DNA of 64,000 nucleotides from Oikopleura dioica. Its lineage: Eukaryota; Animalia; Chordata. The stretch lies in assembly GCA_907165135.1 (NCBI GenBank), contig OU015568.1, positions 6,138,001 through 6,202,000 of the forward strand, read 5' to 3'. The position numbers and the translations under genes were made by a program. The notes under the pieces were generated by a model. It made no database searches. It was not told the origin of the DNA and saw nothing but the letters and a program-made list of their open reading frames with translations. Of the stretch, positions 10,715 through 24,191 are shown in pieces. Numbering within the stretch: position 1 is the stretch's first letter; each line of letters starts with the position of its first letter.

Positions 10715-13237
10715 GACAGAAAAAATCGATCGAATAATAAACTCTCAGAAGCACAAGAGTTTTCTCTCTATTCAGCGAATAATTTTGTCGGACAGACCTG
10801 AAACATCCGCACTTGACAATTGAAAGAACAGTTTATCGGCGAACAACTTAAATTTGTTCTGAGAAATGATGAACCATGGAATTGTAAATATTTGCGGATG
10901 GAGCGCGAATTCGGCTTTGACTTTTTTTCGCAATTGAAAAATAGAAAATGGAAATAATTTGCGCCGGTTTTCCGAAAACTTCGTCGAAGAGCAGTTCTTC
11001 TTGTCTCCGGTAATTTGAAAAAAAGGATGAAGAATGGTCAATATTTAAGGATATACCCGATAAAATTGAACTTTCTTAGCGCCTTAATACAAAGTCGGAT
11101 CATTATTATTTCAAAAGCAGTCCTACCTAAAATTGTGCGTTAAATTCAATTCTGGTACTTTTTTGAAAATTTTCATTAGAATTTTTCTCTCTATAGCGAT
11201 TTGAAAACGAACTCTCTCGATTTCTCGAAATTTGTCCATTGAATCGCTAAAACTGAACCATGTTCTGTATTAAAATAATGCTGAGCTACAAAATTGATGG
11301 AAAAAAATTCTTAAACTCGATCGAATTTTCATTCTGATGTTTTCCTCTTTCATACGCCTGTTTTTCTTCTCTGCGCGTTTTCTCGCGTGCTACCAATCAG
11401 AGCGGTGCGCTCAACCACGCATTTTCTCTCAGAAAAGAGGAGTCGAGTGAGTGAGCGCCCAGCGCGCCGCCCTGTAGAACTTTTACGCGCTGAGTAGCCC
11501 TCAATGAAATGGCTCTAGAATCGGTTGTAAGAGGGATAAAGGAAAGGTAAGCCATCAATATTGTAGATAAGGGTCCAAAGAACTTATCTATCGAAAAATC
11601 TCGACCGATTTAGTCTAAAAATTTCGAGTAATCGAGAGAGTAAGATTTGAAATCGCTCTAAAGAGAAAATTTCAACTGAGAAAATATGAAAAAGTACCAG
11701 ATTTGAGTTCTACTTGCTTTTTTAGGTAGAATTGCTTTTGAAATAAAAATGATCCTACGTCGCATTTCGGCGCTATAAATGTTCAATTCTATCGGGTATA
11801 TCCTTAATTTCAGGACGCTTGGTTTCAAAGTAGCGGATTATGTCGAAACTACCGAGTTCTTATCTGACGTCTGGGTCGATTACTTGGAAGGAAGATGCCC
11901 GATCCGGAGGGTGATAGAAGAATACAAAAAGCACGGCTTTCAAGGTAGATTTTTCAAGAAAAAAGAGGTGCTATCAGAAATTTAGCAAATCAAGATATCT
12001 ACTGCGAACGTTCGTAAATTGCGAACGCCGTTCGCAAAATAGCCTTTGCGAACGAGGCCGCCCGCCACCCGGTCTGTCGGTATCGAGTATTGAATCCTAA
12101 TAAAACAATCTCGGAGATACACGAAAGAATTTCCCAATCCATTTATTTATTGTTACGTCAATCATATCCTGCATTGAAGCAAATGTTTGTCCAGCAGATC
12201 TCATGATACGCACGCGCTTGTTTGTTCGAAAAATGACCAGTCGGCTGGGATCTCACATGCATCTCGTTCAGTCACGATAGAACTATCGAACATCTCATGC
12301 TTCTCATCGGTAATAAACGGAGACTCAGGTTATCAATGAACTCATGCAATTTTCATGCAATTGATGCAATTTCCAATTCTAAGTGGGCCTTAGGCGATGT
12401 CATTCTTGAATACTTAGAATTCTATTTTATTTTATACAAGAATTTATATGTCTTTCGCCAAAAGACGCTCAATAAAGTATTCTATTGACGATTTAAAGCT
12501 GTAATTCGAAATATTTATTAATAAAAATCAATACCTATTTCTATGATGGTAATTCTATGAAATTCCGCTTATTCTTGAGGTTTTTGTAGAGTAATGTCAA
12601 CTTTATTAGAGTTGAAATTGGCAAAAAGCAGTTTTTATTCTTTATTCAAAAAGCGCCATCTGGCGAGCGCTTGTAACATTTTCTGGACTAGTCGACGAAG
12701 AATGAAAAGAGTGAAATCAATGGAGGGCGCAGCGCGATTGGCCGGGACGGTGGGTGCGCGGGCGTGGCGCAGACTTGCGAAACAACAAGCTCATCGCTTT
12801 TCGACGCGAATTTCCACTTTTCTCTTCATTTTCGTCCCGAAATGGACTAGAATCGAGCCGCGCGAAAAATCTAGGAGACAAATTTTTCGCGAAAAAAAGA
12901 AAAAAGAAGAACTTTTCTTCCGTTTTTTTATAAAAAAAGGTTCCATGATTACTACGTGATTTATGGCTCAACAGGAGAGGCTCATACTATTCTGAATAAA
13001 ATACAGAGATTTTGAAAGAAGATTTATTGGCTGAAGAAATTTTTGGGAAAGAAGACATAGAGAAAAATAGATTTGTGGTCCAATTTTGGTTTTCCTTTTG
13101 ACGTGAAAATGGGTGTTTTTGATAGATTGACTGTTAGAATAGGGATTTTCTGTTTAGTTTATAAAGAATCTACTTAGTCTACTAATTAAGTTTATTTGAA
13201 AGAAGAAAATAGCGATTTCGGAAATTTTAAGTAATAG

Positions 13238-14197
13238 CTAGGGAAACTCGATGAAAAATGAGCTTTTTTCTGGGATCAGTAGAGAGGGAGTATAATACAG
13301 TTTTAGAAAGCCCAGAAGCTGAGGATCATTTTGACTATTTACAGTGTGGGGTTTGGGTCATGTCCTGGGGCGTTTTTGGGCGTCTAAAGTCCGGAAAATG
13401 GGGGTAGTTCCAGAAAAGGGATTAAAAAAGTACCGGTAGTCCATCCTAAGAACGAGCGGCTTGGCTAAGTTGTAGAGGAGGCTCCGGCGATTCAGAATCT
13501 GTATAGAAACCTATTGGGACCCCCACATTCTAGAGGCGCTAGAGGCTCTAGAAGTTGAGGAAGTTACCTCAAAATCGGTACTTTTTTACGATAAATTGCG
13601 CTAAGGGTTATATTTTTATCCGAAATAGTCCTCAAAACGTTCCAATCAATTTTCGGATGTCAAAAATATCGTTTGGGGTCATTTGAGGTCACTTAGGGTC
13701 ATTTTTTGAGGAAAAATAGAATTTGGCCGAAACTCTACCCGAATAACCTCAAATGACCCCAAACGATATTTTTGACATCCGACAATTGATTGGAACGTTT
13801 TGAGGACTATTTCGGATAAAAATATAACCCTTAGCGCAATTTATCGTAAAAAAGTACCGATTTTGAGGTAACTTCCTCAACTTCTAGAGCCTCTAGCGCC
13901 TCTAGAATGTGGGGGTCCCAATAGGTTTCTATACAGATTCTGAATCGCCAGAGCCTCCTCTACAACTTAGCCAAGCCGCTCGTTCTTAGGATGGACTACC
14001 GGTACTTTTTTAATCCCTTTTCTGGAACTACCCCCATTTTCCGGACTTTAGACGCCCAAAAACGCCCCAGGACATGACCCAAACCCCACACTGTAAATAG
14101 TCAAAATGATCCTCAGCTTCTGGGCTTTCTAAAACTGTATTATACTCCCTCTCTACTAATCCCAGAAAAAAGCTCAATTTTCATCGAGTTTCCCTAG
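13238..14197. mobile_element. 960-bp foldback/MITE-like palindromic element with ~452-bp arms and 6-bp flanking direct repeat TAATAG
   Basis: 13238-13689 is the reverse complement of 13746-14197 with about 4 mismatches seen; 56-bp spacer; TAATAG at 13232-13237 and 14198-14203. Confidence 0.9.
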
Positions 14198-15352
14198 TAA
14201 TAGCCGGTTAACTTTGCCCTAGATTCTACCGTTACGGTAGTACCGTATCCTTCACTACAGTACTTAGTAGCTGTAAGCCGAAAGACAAGACAAGCCGGCT
14301 TAGCCAACAGGCCAAAATTTTTAATTCCCCCTCAAGTCTTGAACCTAACCATTTACCCGCCGACTTGTTGGACTTGGCCCAACTCGTCAAACTCTTCAAA
14401 CTTGCTTTATTTCGAAAGAATCCATCCCTCTTTTCTTCTCCGGAAACAGTTGTTTCAGAACAGAAACACCTTTCAGCACCTTTTTTCCAGAGTTTGAAAA
14501 AATACTCACGTGGTGTATTTTCATGTTGGAACAAAATTAGACGTCATTAGGGATATTTAAGGGATTAGCTTTAGATTCTCAGAACAGTACTTCGAAACTA
14601 GAATCTTTTCAGACCCAAGAAACAGTTATTCAAGAGCAATTTGTTTAGAGAGTTTTGATAGGCAGTGATAAATATTAAGAGTTTTCTTTTGGAAAATTAA
14701 ATAATTGAAAGCAACAAGAAATGAGCCGCAAACAGTCAATTGCTCTCACAAGACAGTTCCTTGTTACACGACTCTTTCCCAATCTCAACTCGCCCAAGGA
14801 GTACGACAGCAACCAGCAGAAAGGTACAGTAACAGCCAAACATGCTCCACGCATCGAGGCGATCAATATTCAATTCACTAGCTGAAATAAGCAGCGGAAA
14901 GCCAATTACGCGATTTTTAATCACTGTTTTCTTCTTTTGAAAGAAAAACAAAAACGCCATCGCAGTTGGCCGTATTTTCGACCCTTTTGTGAGTCCTCAA
15001 AGCTTCCAAATTGACAGCAAATGAGAATGGCGCCCTTCTGCTTTTATAGTCATCAAATATTAAACAGAAAAAATAGCTGTTAGTGCAAAGTGCACTCCTT
15101 GTTGTTTGCAGTCCGCCCCACAGATTTGTCGCCTATCAATATTTACAGTTTATGCTCCTGAGATCGAGCTGACATGTGACAGATCAAGGGTCAAAAACTT
15201 TTGCACCGCGAACTCAAGCTGCCAGGATTATCGCAGAGTTTGCAGTTGTATCTTTTTAATTTTGGGAAAATACAAAAAGGGAAAAATAGAATCAGCCCTC
15301 GTTTTATCCATTTATGAATCTATCTTTTCAGATCGTAAACATACACTGACCG

Positions 15353-16787
15353 ATGTCTTCAAGAAAACATACGCAGTATTTCCAAATGCGATCGATTTCG
15401 CGCTCGTCCAGGTACAGTCCACTACAGTAACTCAATAAATTCACCAATAAACCCACCACTGATCCATTTTGATTTTGATTCATTTTCACCAATTTTTATT
15501 TTTAGGATCCGTTGCCACCCATTATTGTGAAGATTTCGCAACTGAACTGGGCAGCTGCTGGCTTCTCGAAAGTGTCGCAAAACATCAGATGCACTTCTGG
15601 ACAAAGCGCTCTGGCTACCATTCAGAAGTTCGGCGAGGATGCCTGCTTCGCTCTAACCAACAGTCGTAGAAAAGGTAAGCCCCTCCGATTGACCCCTTAC
15701 TCATCGACGTTTCAGACTACATCGGCATCGCTGACGGCGTGGGAGGCTGGCGGGATCGCGGGTTCGATCCCTCCGTCTTCTCCTCCTCCCTGATGCGAAT
15801 CTGCAAAGATATGGCCAACAAGAAGCAAGAGGATCCCATGCGTCTCATCGACGACTCTTACAATAAGGTATGTGCGTGAAAAGCATCTTCAGATTCTGCT
15901 GATGCTCAGAAAGTATTCAATAACCATGAGAGACAAGATAATGAGCGCTTTTATCTTTCAGCTTTTGTTGCTGAACAAAAAGAAAAACTTCCAAATCGTG
16001 GGTTCGTCGACAGTTTGCATCCTCTCCTTCGAGCAGGAAACGGGAATCCTGACAACGGCGAATCTCGGCGACTCGGGCTACCTAATCGTCCGCAACGGCG
16101 AAATCATAGACAGGAGTGAAAAACAGACTCACAAGTTTAACATTCCAAAGGTACCAAAATCACTTAAAATTTTCCACAAACGATTTTTTTCAGCAACTGG
16201 CTTATGCGCCGCCAAGTCTGCGATTTATCGCTGATATGCCGTCTGATGCACACGAGAAGAAATTTGTAACGCACCCGGTAAGTTTGCAGACAGATAGAAA
16301 GTCCCGTGGTTTGTCTTTTGGACGCGTCGTTAAATGATACTTTTGTGTTTTTTGATTTATGTGTTTTCTTGGATTTGCGATTTTGAATCGATGAATCTGG
16401 GTTTACGACGTATTCTGATCAATTACAACTCGACTGACCTTATTCTTTCCAGGGAGATCTAATCGTCACAGCTACCGATGGTCTGTTCGACAACGTCCCC
16501 GACGAAGTACTACTCCAGGAGCTCTCGTACCTTCCCCATGCCGATCAAATCCACACGCAAGGTCTGCCTCCTCCTTTCTCTTTCAAGCCTTTAACTCCTC
16601 TTCTTCAGACCTGGAGCGCACGGCAAAGTGCCTGGCCTCGCGCGCGCACAAGAACGCGCTCAACAAATCGTACGTTTCTCCCTTCGCCCTCGCCGCCAAA
16701 AGCGCCGGCTTCCACTATACTGGCGGCAAAATGGACGACGTAACGGTCATTGTCTCCGTTGTGTCCGACCTGGGTACTGAAGTGTAG
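15353..16787 (+). CDS. PPTC7: Protein phosphatase PTC7 homologue (PP2C family)
   Basis: Motifs FGEDACF, GIADGVGGWRDRGFDPSVFS, ANLGDSGYLIVRNG, ATDGLFDNV, GGKMDDVTVIV across short introns. Confidence 0.92.
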
Positions 16788-17524
16788 CTTCTATTTTTAG
16801 CTTTTTCTTTTTCTAAAACTTCCGTTTAAAAATTCAAGATTCAACATGCTATCTTCGCCTTTCTCTTTTCGTATCTTCTCGTCTTTTTTTCTATCAACTT
16901 TCTCTTCTCTACTGAAATTTCCAAGGCCTACTTTTGACTTCATTCAAATTGAAGAACTAATGGTGAACAAATGGGTTTCTGACCCCTTTTTTGAGGTGTT
17001 CAACTTTGCCTTTTCTTGGTCCTTTAGGATCAAGCTATCAATTCTTCAGCATTTATTTATTTAGGATGTTTTTAAATGAAACAGTTTTGGCCTTCTTTTC
17101 TGGTGCCAAAATGACTTCACTCCTTTCTCCTTCGAGAAAGAAAAAAATACTCTCTTTTCAAAATTGAAACTCTCCCAAAACAACATATTCTCTTTTACCT
17201 CGTTGCTTGTGCTACTATCAAACCATATTTTTCCTAAGTCAAGTGCCGCGGAGAACCAACTCTTTCGACATCTGAACGAGAAAACGGTTCGGATCAGGAG
17301 TTTCCCGCGGCCGCTTGATTTCGGAATGAAGTGAAACTTGAGTGGTTACGAATTTAACTTATTTATTTGTATAAAGGAATACACTATTCAAAAATTGAAA
17401 GTCTTGTTTTTGATTGCTGCAGGAAATAGTTTATTCTTTGTCAAGAGCAAGAAGCAGGCGAAGTTAGTAAAGGAACACCATTTAGCCTGAAACAAAAGAT
17501 CGAAATCGGTTGGTTAAAGCGAGA

Positions 17525-20155
17525 ATGAGACTCCAACGGATGGATTCCAGCCACACGCTGGAGCGAACCTGGACAGAAGTCCACGATGGATTGAACAACG
17601 TCTTCTACGACCGCGGAATGGGCCACAAGCGATACATCGAGCTCTACACGCATGTTTACAACTACTGCACCGCTGTGAACAAGCCTGCCATGCGAAAGCC
17701 GCCGATGAACGGTTCGATGGAGTTCGTTGGCTACCCACTTTACCAGCTCGTGCGCGAATACCTCGAGGAGTACGTCAAAGGCGAGAATCAAAAAGCGCGA
17801 AAGCAAATCGACCTTCTCGAGTTCTACGCCGTCTCTTGGTCGAATTACTCCCTTTCTGCGAAGGTCTTGAACGGCATGTGCGCGTACATGAACCGCTTCT
17901 TCAAAAACAAGCGCACGAGGCGCAAAGCTCCTTTTACGAGATCAGAACAGACGATGTCTTTGTCGTCACAGATCTGGCAGTGAAGATCTGGAACGAGTAC
18001 TTCTTCCGCAACGTCTCCGGCCGACTGACGACGCTGCTGATAGAACAGATTCAGGAAGAAAGAAAAGGAAATCAGATCAATTCTTCGCTCGTCAAAAGCG
18101 TCATCGACTCGTACATCACTCTTGGATCGGCCGTGTCCGTCGGCGAAGCAAAGCCGCCGCCTGAAAAGACGCTTTTTATTTACGAAAATGAGTTCGTCAA
18201 TCAATACATCGAAGAAACAGTGAGGTTTTACAAGGTTGAATCGAGACTCTTCCTCGACAACAATCCGGGAATAAATGGATTGAAAGAATTCCTCAAGAAG
18301 GCAGAATTACGGCTTGATGAAGAGCAGCTCCGATCTGAACGATATCTTCATTTCTCGTCGACGAAGAAAGTTATGAAGGAATGCGAACAGGCGATAATTG
18401 GCGATCATCGAGATGTGCTCGTGTCTTCGTTTGCTCCCTTGTTGGATAACAGTCAGACTTCGGATCTCGCGAGAATGTACAGATTGGCGAAACGAGTCGA
18501 CCAGGGACTCACGCCCATCCGCTCGAAGTTCGAAGACTTCATCGTCGCCTGCGGAATGAGCATCATGGAGTCCGTTGGAACGAACCCTGAGCCGAAAACC
18601 TTCGTGAGCCGCATTCTTCACATCTACGAGCGTTTCTCTCGCATCAACCAAATCTGCTTCGACAACGAGTTCAAGGAAGCACTCGACCGCGCCTCGACAA
18701 AATTTATAAACAAGTAGGGCTGCAAAAAGTGCAAGCTTGCAATCTTACTCTTTTTCTTTCATTTAGGAACAAAGCTTGCGAAGAAAAACCGACATTGTGT
18801 CCTGAATTGGTTGCAAAATATTGCGACAGTCTTTTGAAAAGATCGAATAAGTCCATTGATGATCCTGCGACTGAGGAGAAATTCAACCAAATAATGATCG
18901 TCTTCAAGGTTTTCTTTCTATAACTCCTTTTTATAATTTTTTTTTGATTTAGTATATCGAAGATAAAGACGTCTTCGAAACTCATTACTCCCGTATGTTT
19001 GCGAATCGCTTGATCAAGGGCACTTCCGGATCCGATGATGCGGAAGAATCTATCCTTCAGAAACTCAACGGTAAATGATGCTCAATTTATCTTGTCCAAA
19101 CTTGCTTTTCAGATATCTGCGGATTCGAATACACAGCGAAGTTGAACAGAATGTGGCAAGACATCAACACATCTAAGGGAACGACGGAGAAGTTCAAAAT
19201 GGCGATGCAGGAGGAAAACATCGATCTTGGAATCGACTTTTCGGTGAAACTTTTGAGCACTGGTTCATGGCCTCTGACAAAGGTTCATCCTTCATGATCA
19301 TCTTGTTGATAATAGCAACTGTTTAGGCTTTCAGCATGGAGCTGCCAAGAGTCTTGTCGAACTCGCTGCAAACTTTCAAAGAACATTACGACAAAAAGAA
19401 TCCGAGAAGAGTGCTAACTTGGCTCTGCTCGCAAAGCAAGGTGATTTTCGAAAGAGAAAGCAGCAGTAACGGTCTCTTTCAGGGAGAAATAACAGCAAAC
19501 TACGCGTCCAAAAATTATGTTCTCGTCGCTTCTACCATTCAAATGGCAGTCTTGCTTCTCTTCAACCACGAAAATCAACTGACAGTTGCTGAAATCTCGA
19601 AAAGGCTCGCTGTCGATGCAACGCTGATGCAACAAGTCGTCTTGGTTTTGTTGAAACATCAACTTCTTTGTCTCGGGCCTTATCCTTCGCAGCCGGAAAC
19701 CGAGGGATGCGAGAAGCTCCCTGGTAAAGACGATTTACGTAAGCTTGAATCCTTTCTAAATTTTATAAAACTGTTTTTTAGTTTCTTACAACAAGGACTT
19801 CTTCAACAAGAGGACGAAAATCACGATCAACGTCACTTACAAAATCGAAAGTGGAAACCAAGAAGAGACCGTTACGAATAAAAATATCGAAGCCGACCGA
19901 AAACTGCTCATTCAAGCAGCAATCGTGAGAATAATGAAGACCCGTCGGCAAGTCAATCACCAGACTCTCATGGCCGAAACGACCGCTCACTTATCTGGGT
20001 AAGTTTTTTGCTTGGAAATCAAGGAAGAGTACTTGTAAATTTTCAGGCGTTTCAAGGCTTCAGTTCAAAAGATCAAGGCCTGCGTCGAAACTCTCATCGA
20101 AAAAGAATACATCGAACGAGTCGACGGCAAAGATATCTACACTTACGTCGCCTAA
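17525..20155 (+). CDS. CUL1: Cullin-1
   Basis: [79 protein letters not shown]. One apparent -1 frameshift near 17903-17910. Confidence 0.93.
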
Positions 20156-20385
20156 GATCGCACTTGTTCACTATTCTCTTCTCGTTTCTGTATGTTTTCC
20201 TACCCAGCTGCTTATTCGTCCTTTCATTCAACACTTAAACACTCTGCCACGTCCAATCTTAGTTCAATTTATTTTCTATTGATAAATAAACACGTAAAGT
20301 TCAATTCAAAACTCAGAAAACGCTTCTTGAAGTGATTTTTTTTTCAAATGAAATATGTTTTATTTGCTTCGAGTCACATGCAGCA

Positions 20386-22200
20386 TTATTTGGAAATGCC
20401 ATATTGTCGGTACATTTGATCGATAGGATCTGTTATTGAATGGAGATCAGTTTCAATATCAGGGACGTTCAGTGAGTCTTGCGAGGCCGTTTCCTCCACG
20501 GCGCGTTGAATCTCAGCTGAGCTTATCTTGCGTCTCTTTTTCGTCTCTGCGTTAGATGATCCGCTTGTGGCTGATTCCGAGACGAGTTTTTTGTTGTCGA
20601 TGCTTCGAACTCTTCCGTTGCCCTTTCTCGAAAACTGGCAACCGAAGAAGATCATCACAACCATCTTTCAAATAAGTTGACGAGAGTTTTACTGACACTA
20701 CCTGTTTGAGGAAGATAAAGCTCTCAAGAACAAATTGCTGGGCGGGCATGTCGTAGAAAATAAGCAAACCAGCTTTTTGTCCTGCTTTACTCGTTATTTT
20801 CTGAAGCCTAGAGATCGTGTAAGAACGGGCGAATAAGAAAGAAATTACCCTAAAGCCGTGTAGATATCGTCGCCATATGCTTTTGCGCCAACCCAACTTC
20901 CGTGAAGCTGACCGATTCGACAGATGAACATGATGAGAATAACTGGAACAAACTTCAACTTTGTTTTTTCGACAAAAATACCTGGAATGCAAGAAAGCGA
21001 GAGCCAAAAATATCGGAAAATCTCCAAATCCGTGAAGACTTTTCTTTTGATAAATCGCTTTACCAAAAAACCATTCATCACCAGAAGCACAAAGCAGAAG
21101 AGAAGCTCAAGAACGTCCAGCCAGAGGACATTATCGTACATAACTACCGATGAATTATATTTTCTGTTGGATTTGAGGATTAATTAGGTACCATGATGGG
21201 AGATTCTTTTATTCGCCAAGACGTTCAAATTGAGCAGAAAAAGCATAAAAGCCTCGACGCAAATCCCAAGAACGAGACCAGACGCTTTTTATTGCTTCAA
21301 ACAATGAAATCAATGGATAACTCTGAATCTTATAAAAGCTGTAAACAAGTCCCTATCGTCATCTTCTTTCGCTGATCTCTCTTTCTTCTGTTTCCTACTT
21401 TCGTAAATTCCCGTTTACCATTAGCCGTGTAAAACTAGCAGCCTCTTGATCTCTCTCTGACTGCTCAGGCAAAGCGTTGAAAGTGTTTTTATGTGCTGAG
21501 ATGAGATTTGCCATTACGTAGATCGTAAAGACTTGTCGAGCTCTTTAACATTGACACGGCAATTATAATTATGATTACAATGATGATGATGAGGTGTTCT
21601 CTTGAAATTTAATTTCATCAGTGAAAACTCCGGCAGTGAAGATAGAGTATCAAATTCGCAATTATCAAGAAAATGAAGAGCGCGTTGAAAACCGGCTTAT
21701 ACGCCTCCAACTTATTATTCAAATCGTACCCAAGCGTAATCGTGTTTGTAAAATAATCAGCAAACGTGAGCTTTTCTGATTGATCCGTCGACGCCGAAGC
21801 TTCTTGCATGTTCTTTTGAAAGTAGTTTTGCAAGTCCGTCCATCCTAAAATTGTAAATCGTTGTGAAACACAAGATAAGATACCTTTCTTCTTTATGAAA
21901 TCTTCAATGTCGGAATGTTGAAGCAAACTGGCAGTGAATCGCTGACCAAGAATCGGGTAGCTCACTGAAGCATTCAAGTTAACTCAGTTGAATCCGCAGG
22001 GATCCGCTTGGTACTCTGATGTTCCGGATTGGCGGCCAAGAAAAGCGTGAAGATCTCGAGACTTGCGGCTAGCTTGAACCAACTACAGCCTTCGGAGAAG
22101 AGAATCTTCCACGCCACGCAGAAAAGGCCATTTCGACAAGAGCAAGTGCTATTTTGCCGCTTTGTTCAAGATTCAAAGAGAATTTTCCGCGTTTGGAAAA
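20386..22200 (-). CDS. Unidentified multi-pass membrane protein (several exons)
   Basis: Minus-strand ORFs with hydrophobic segments (FNALFIFLIIANLILYL; LIIIIVIIIIIAVSML; LELLFCFVLLVMNGF; FVPVILIMFICRIG). Family not recognised; boundaries approximate. Confidence 0.4.
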
Positions 22201-23209
22201 TCTGCGTAATAAACTTAGTTAATTTATATCTTTTCCTGTGGGTAAATCCCCCTGACGAAGAGCGAGGGATAATTAAACTTCATCAAATCTACCATCGTAT
22301 TCAGCGAGCTCAGTTCAGCGTTAATCACTTCTTTCCTCAAGCGTGCACCAATTCCATGCTTATTAAATCGACTCGCTAAGTAGCATGTGCACAGCACCTA
22401 GTACAATTATAATTTTATTAGAGCCCGAAAAGAAATACACTCACTTCAAGGTGCCGTTTGATGTTCGAGTTGTCGAGCTCGAACATTGTCGTTATTTTGC
22501 TCTCTCTAAAAGAAAATGAGAAAAATTTTTGACCGAAATTTTTTAAAATAAAAAGGAAAAGATGCAAATAGTCTGAGATCCTTACCTAATGACTGTATTC
22601 TTGGCGACTGTCTTTTGCTGAACCCGTTCCAATCCATCCCTTGAGTTTTGACTCAGCCTTTCTGTTGTCAGCCCTTTTCTCCGAGCTCTATATTTTCAAC
22701 CCTTTTTATCGCGAAAATACTTTTTTTGTAATTTACCTCAATCGATGTGCCGACATTCTCTACTAAGAGGAAACAAGTTCTACTCTCTTTTATTTCTTGG
22801 ATAGAACCTCTCTTACTCTATCGCGCCAGTCTGAACCGCTGACAAAATAAAAAGTGACGGGTGGAATGATTCAATAAATTTATTTTAAGCTATTTAGCCA
22901 TTCAATAAAAATCACTCACTAGTATATGAGCTCGAGTCTTTTTTGTTGGCCAACATGGGTAAGTAACAAGACGCGCCGCGGGTATCTCTTTTCAGAAGAC
23001 GGGGATCTACTCCTAGATACAGTCTGCGAGATCAGACCAGAGGTGACAGGGCGAGGATTAAATGTGGCGAAATAAAGCGCGGCCTGCGGTTAATATTCTG
23101 AGCAGTGTTGGTACATTAAATCTGCATCTGCTCAGAAGCATGCAGAATGTGACTCATTGCCAATAAAGGTTTTTTATTAATTTGTTTATTGCGCTAGTCT
23201 ATAATCGGA

Positions 23210-23834
23210 TTACAGTGCGTACAGATGGGAAACAAGCTGATTTCCAGTATCCATAAGCAAGTCCATGAATCCGGTGTGTGGAATTTCCGCGTAGTTGTAA
23301 GACTCCAACGTCAAAGAAGCGCTAATGCTGTCTTCAGATGATGTTTGGTTGTTGAAATGAGACTCGATTTTCCACTGGAGATAGTTGGGCGCCATTTTTT
23401 CATCAGCAACTTAAATTGGATTACATTTTCTTGTTCTGAATATAGCGATTAATACAATATACATACTGTAGGCTTAGATAGATAGCGATTCTATCGTGAA
23501 TATCTTCTAACTTAAGCTTTTAAATTCTTATTTTCAAATAAAAATAACTAACTTTGTCTTCGCGCGAGTTATATATAGAAAATATACCTGAGAGATCTTT
23601 CTTCGTTTTCCTTTGATCTTTGGAAGAATAGATATTCTTCCGATTGTTCTTGTTCATCGGAAAAGCTCCTTTTCGCCTGTTTCTGAACCAGGTCTTGACC
23701 GCCTGGTCTTTCACATTGCCCAGCTCAGCAGCAAGGGCCTGGATTTCCGCCGGAGTGGGGTACTGTTCTTTCAAGTAAAACTCCTCCAGCTTCATCTTCT
23801 GGGGAATGCTCCATGTTATGCGTTTTCGCCTCAT
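23210..23834 (-). CDS. Divergent homeobox gene
   Basis: RRKRITWSIPQKMKLEEFYLKEQYPTPAEIQALAAELGNVKDQAVKTWFRNRR (23834-23670). The ORF at 23210-23395 is a probable second exon. Confidence 0.8.
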
Positions 23835-24191
23835 GGAGGATTTATTGTCTAAAGATATTCGAAAGCGTGTGGTTCTTTTATTGAGTTAGAGAACTTGATG
23901 GCGCATAACCGGTAGCGCCAACCAACCATGTAATTAAACGCTGCGATATGAGGACTGTATTTCGAACTATTTTCGACAGCTCGTCCATCATTCTTTTATG
24001 ATTTCAATCGGAATATTTTAGCATCAATATGTTAAGAATTCATGTAGCCACAGATGAATGTCCGACATCTCCGCTAGAAAAATTTACAGTGTTTTCGAAT
24101 CGCCCGCTGGGCATGTTGCTCGAATATTTTCCCATCCCCTTCTTTCCATTTAATTTTATATCGCTCTTATGGCTTTTGAAAGCTGTTACTG

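Noticed and set aside
10750-12960. Short ORFs between SEL1L3 and the foldback element
   Set aside because: No recognisable motifs or coherent exon chain; the region looks mainly like promoter or intergenic sequence (CCAAT and GC-rich patches near 11390 and 12740).
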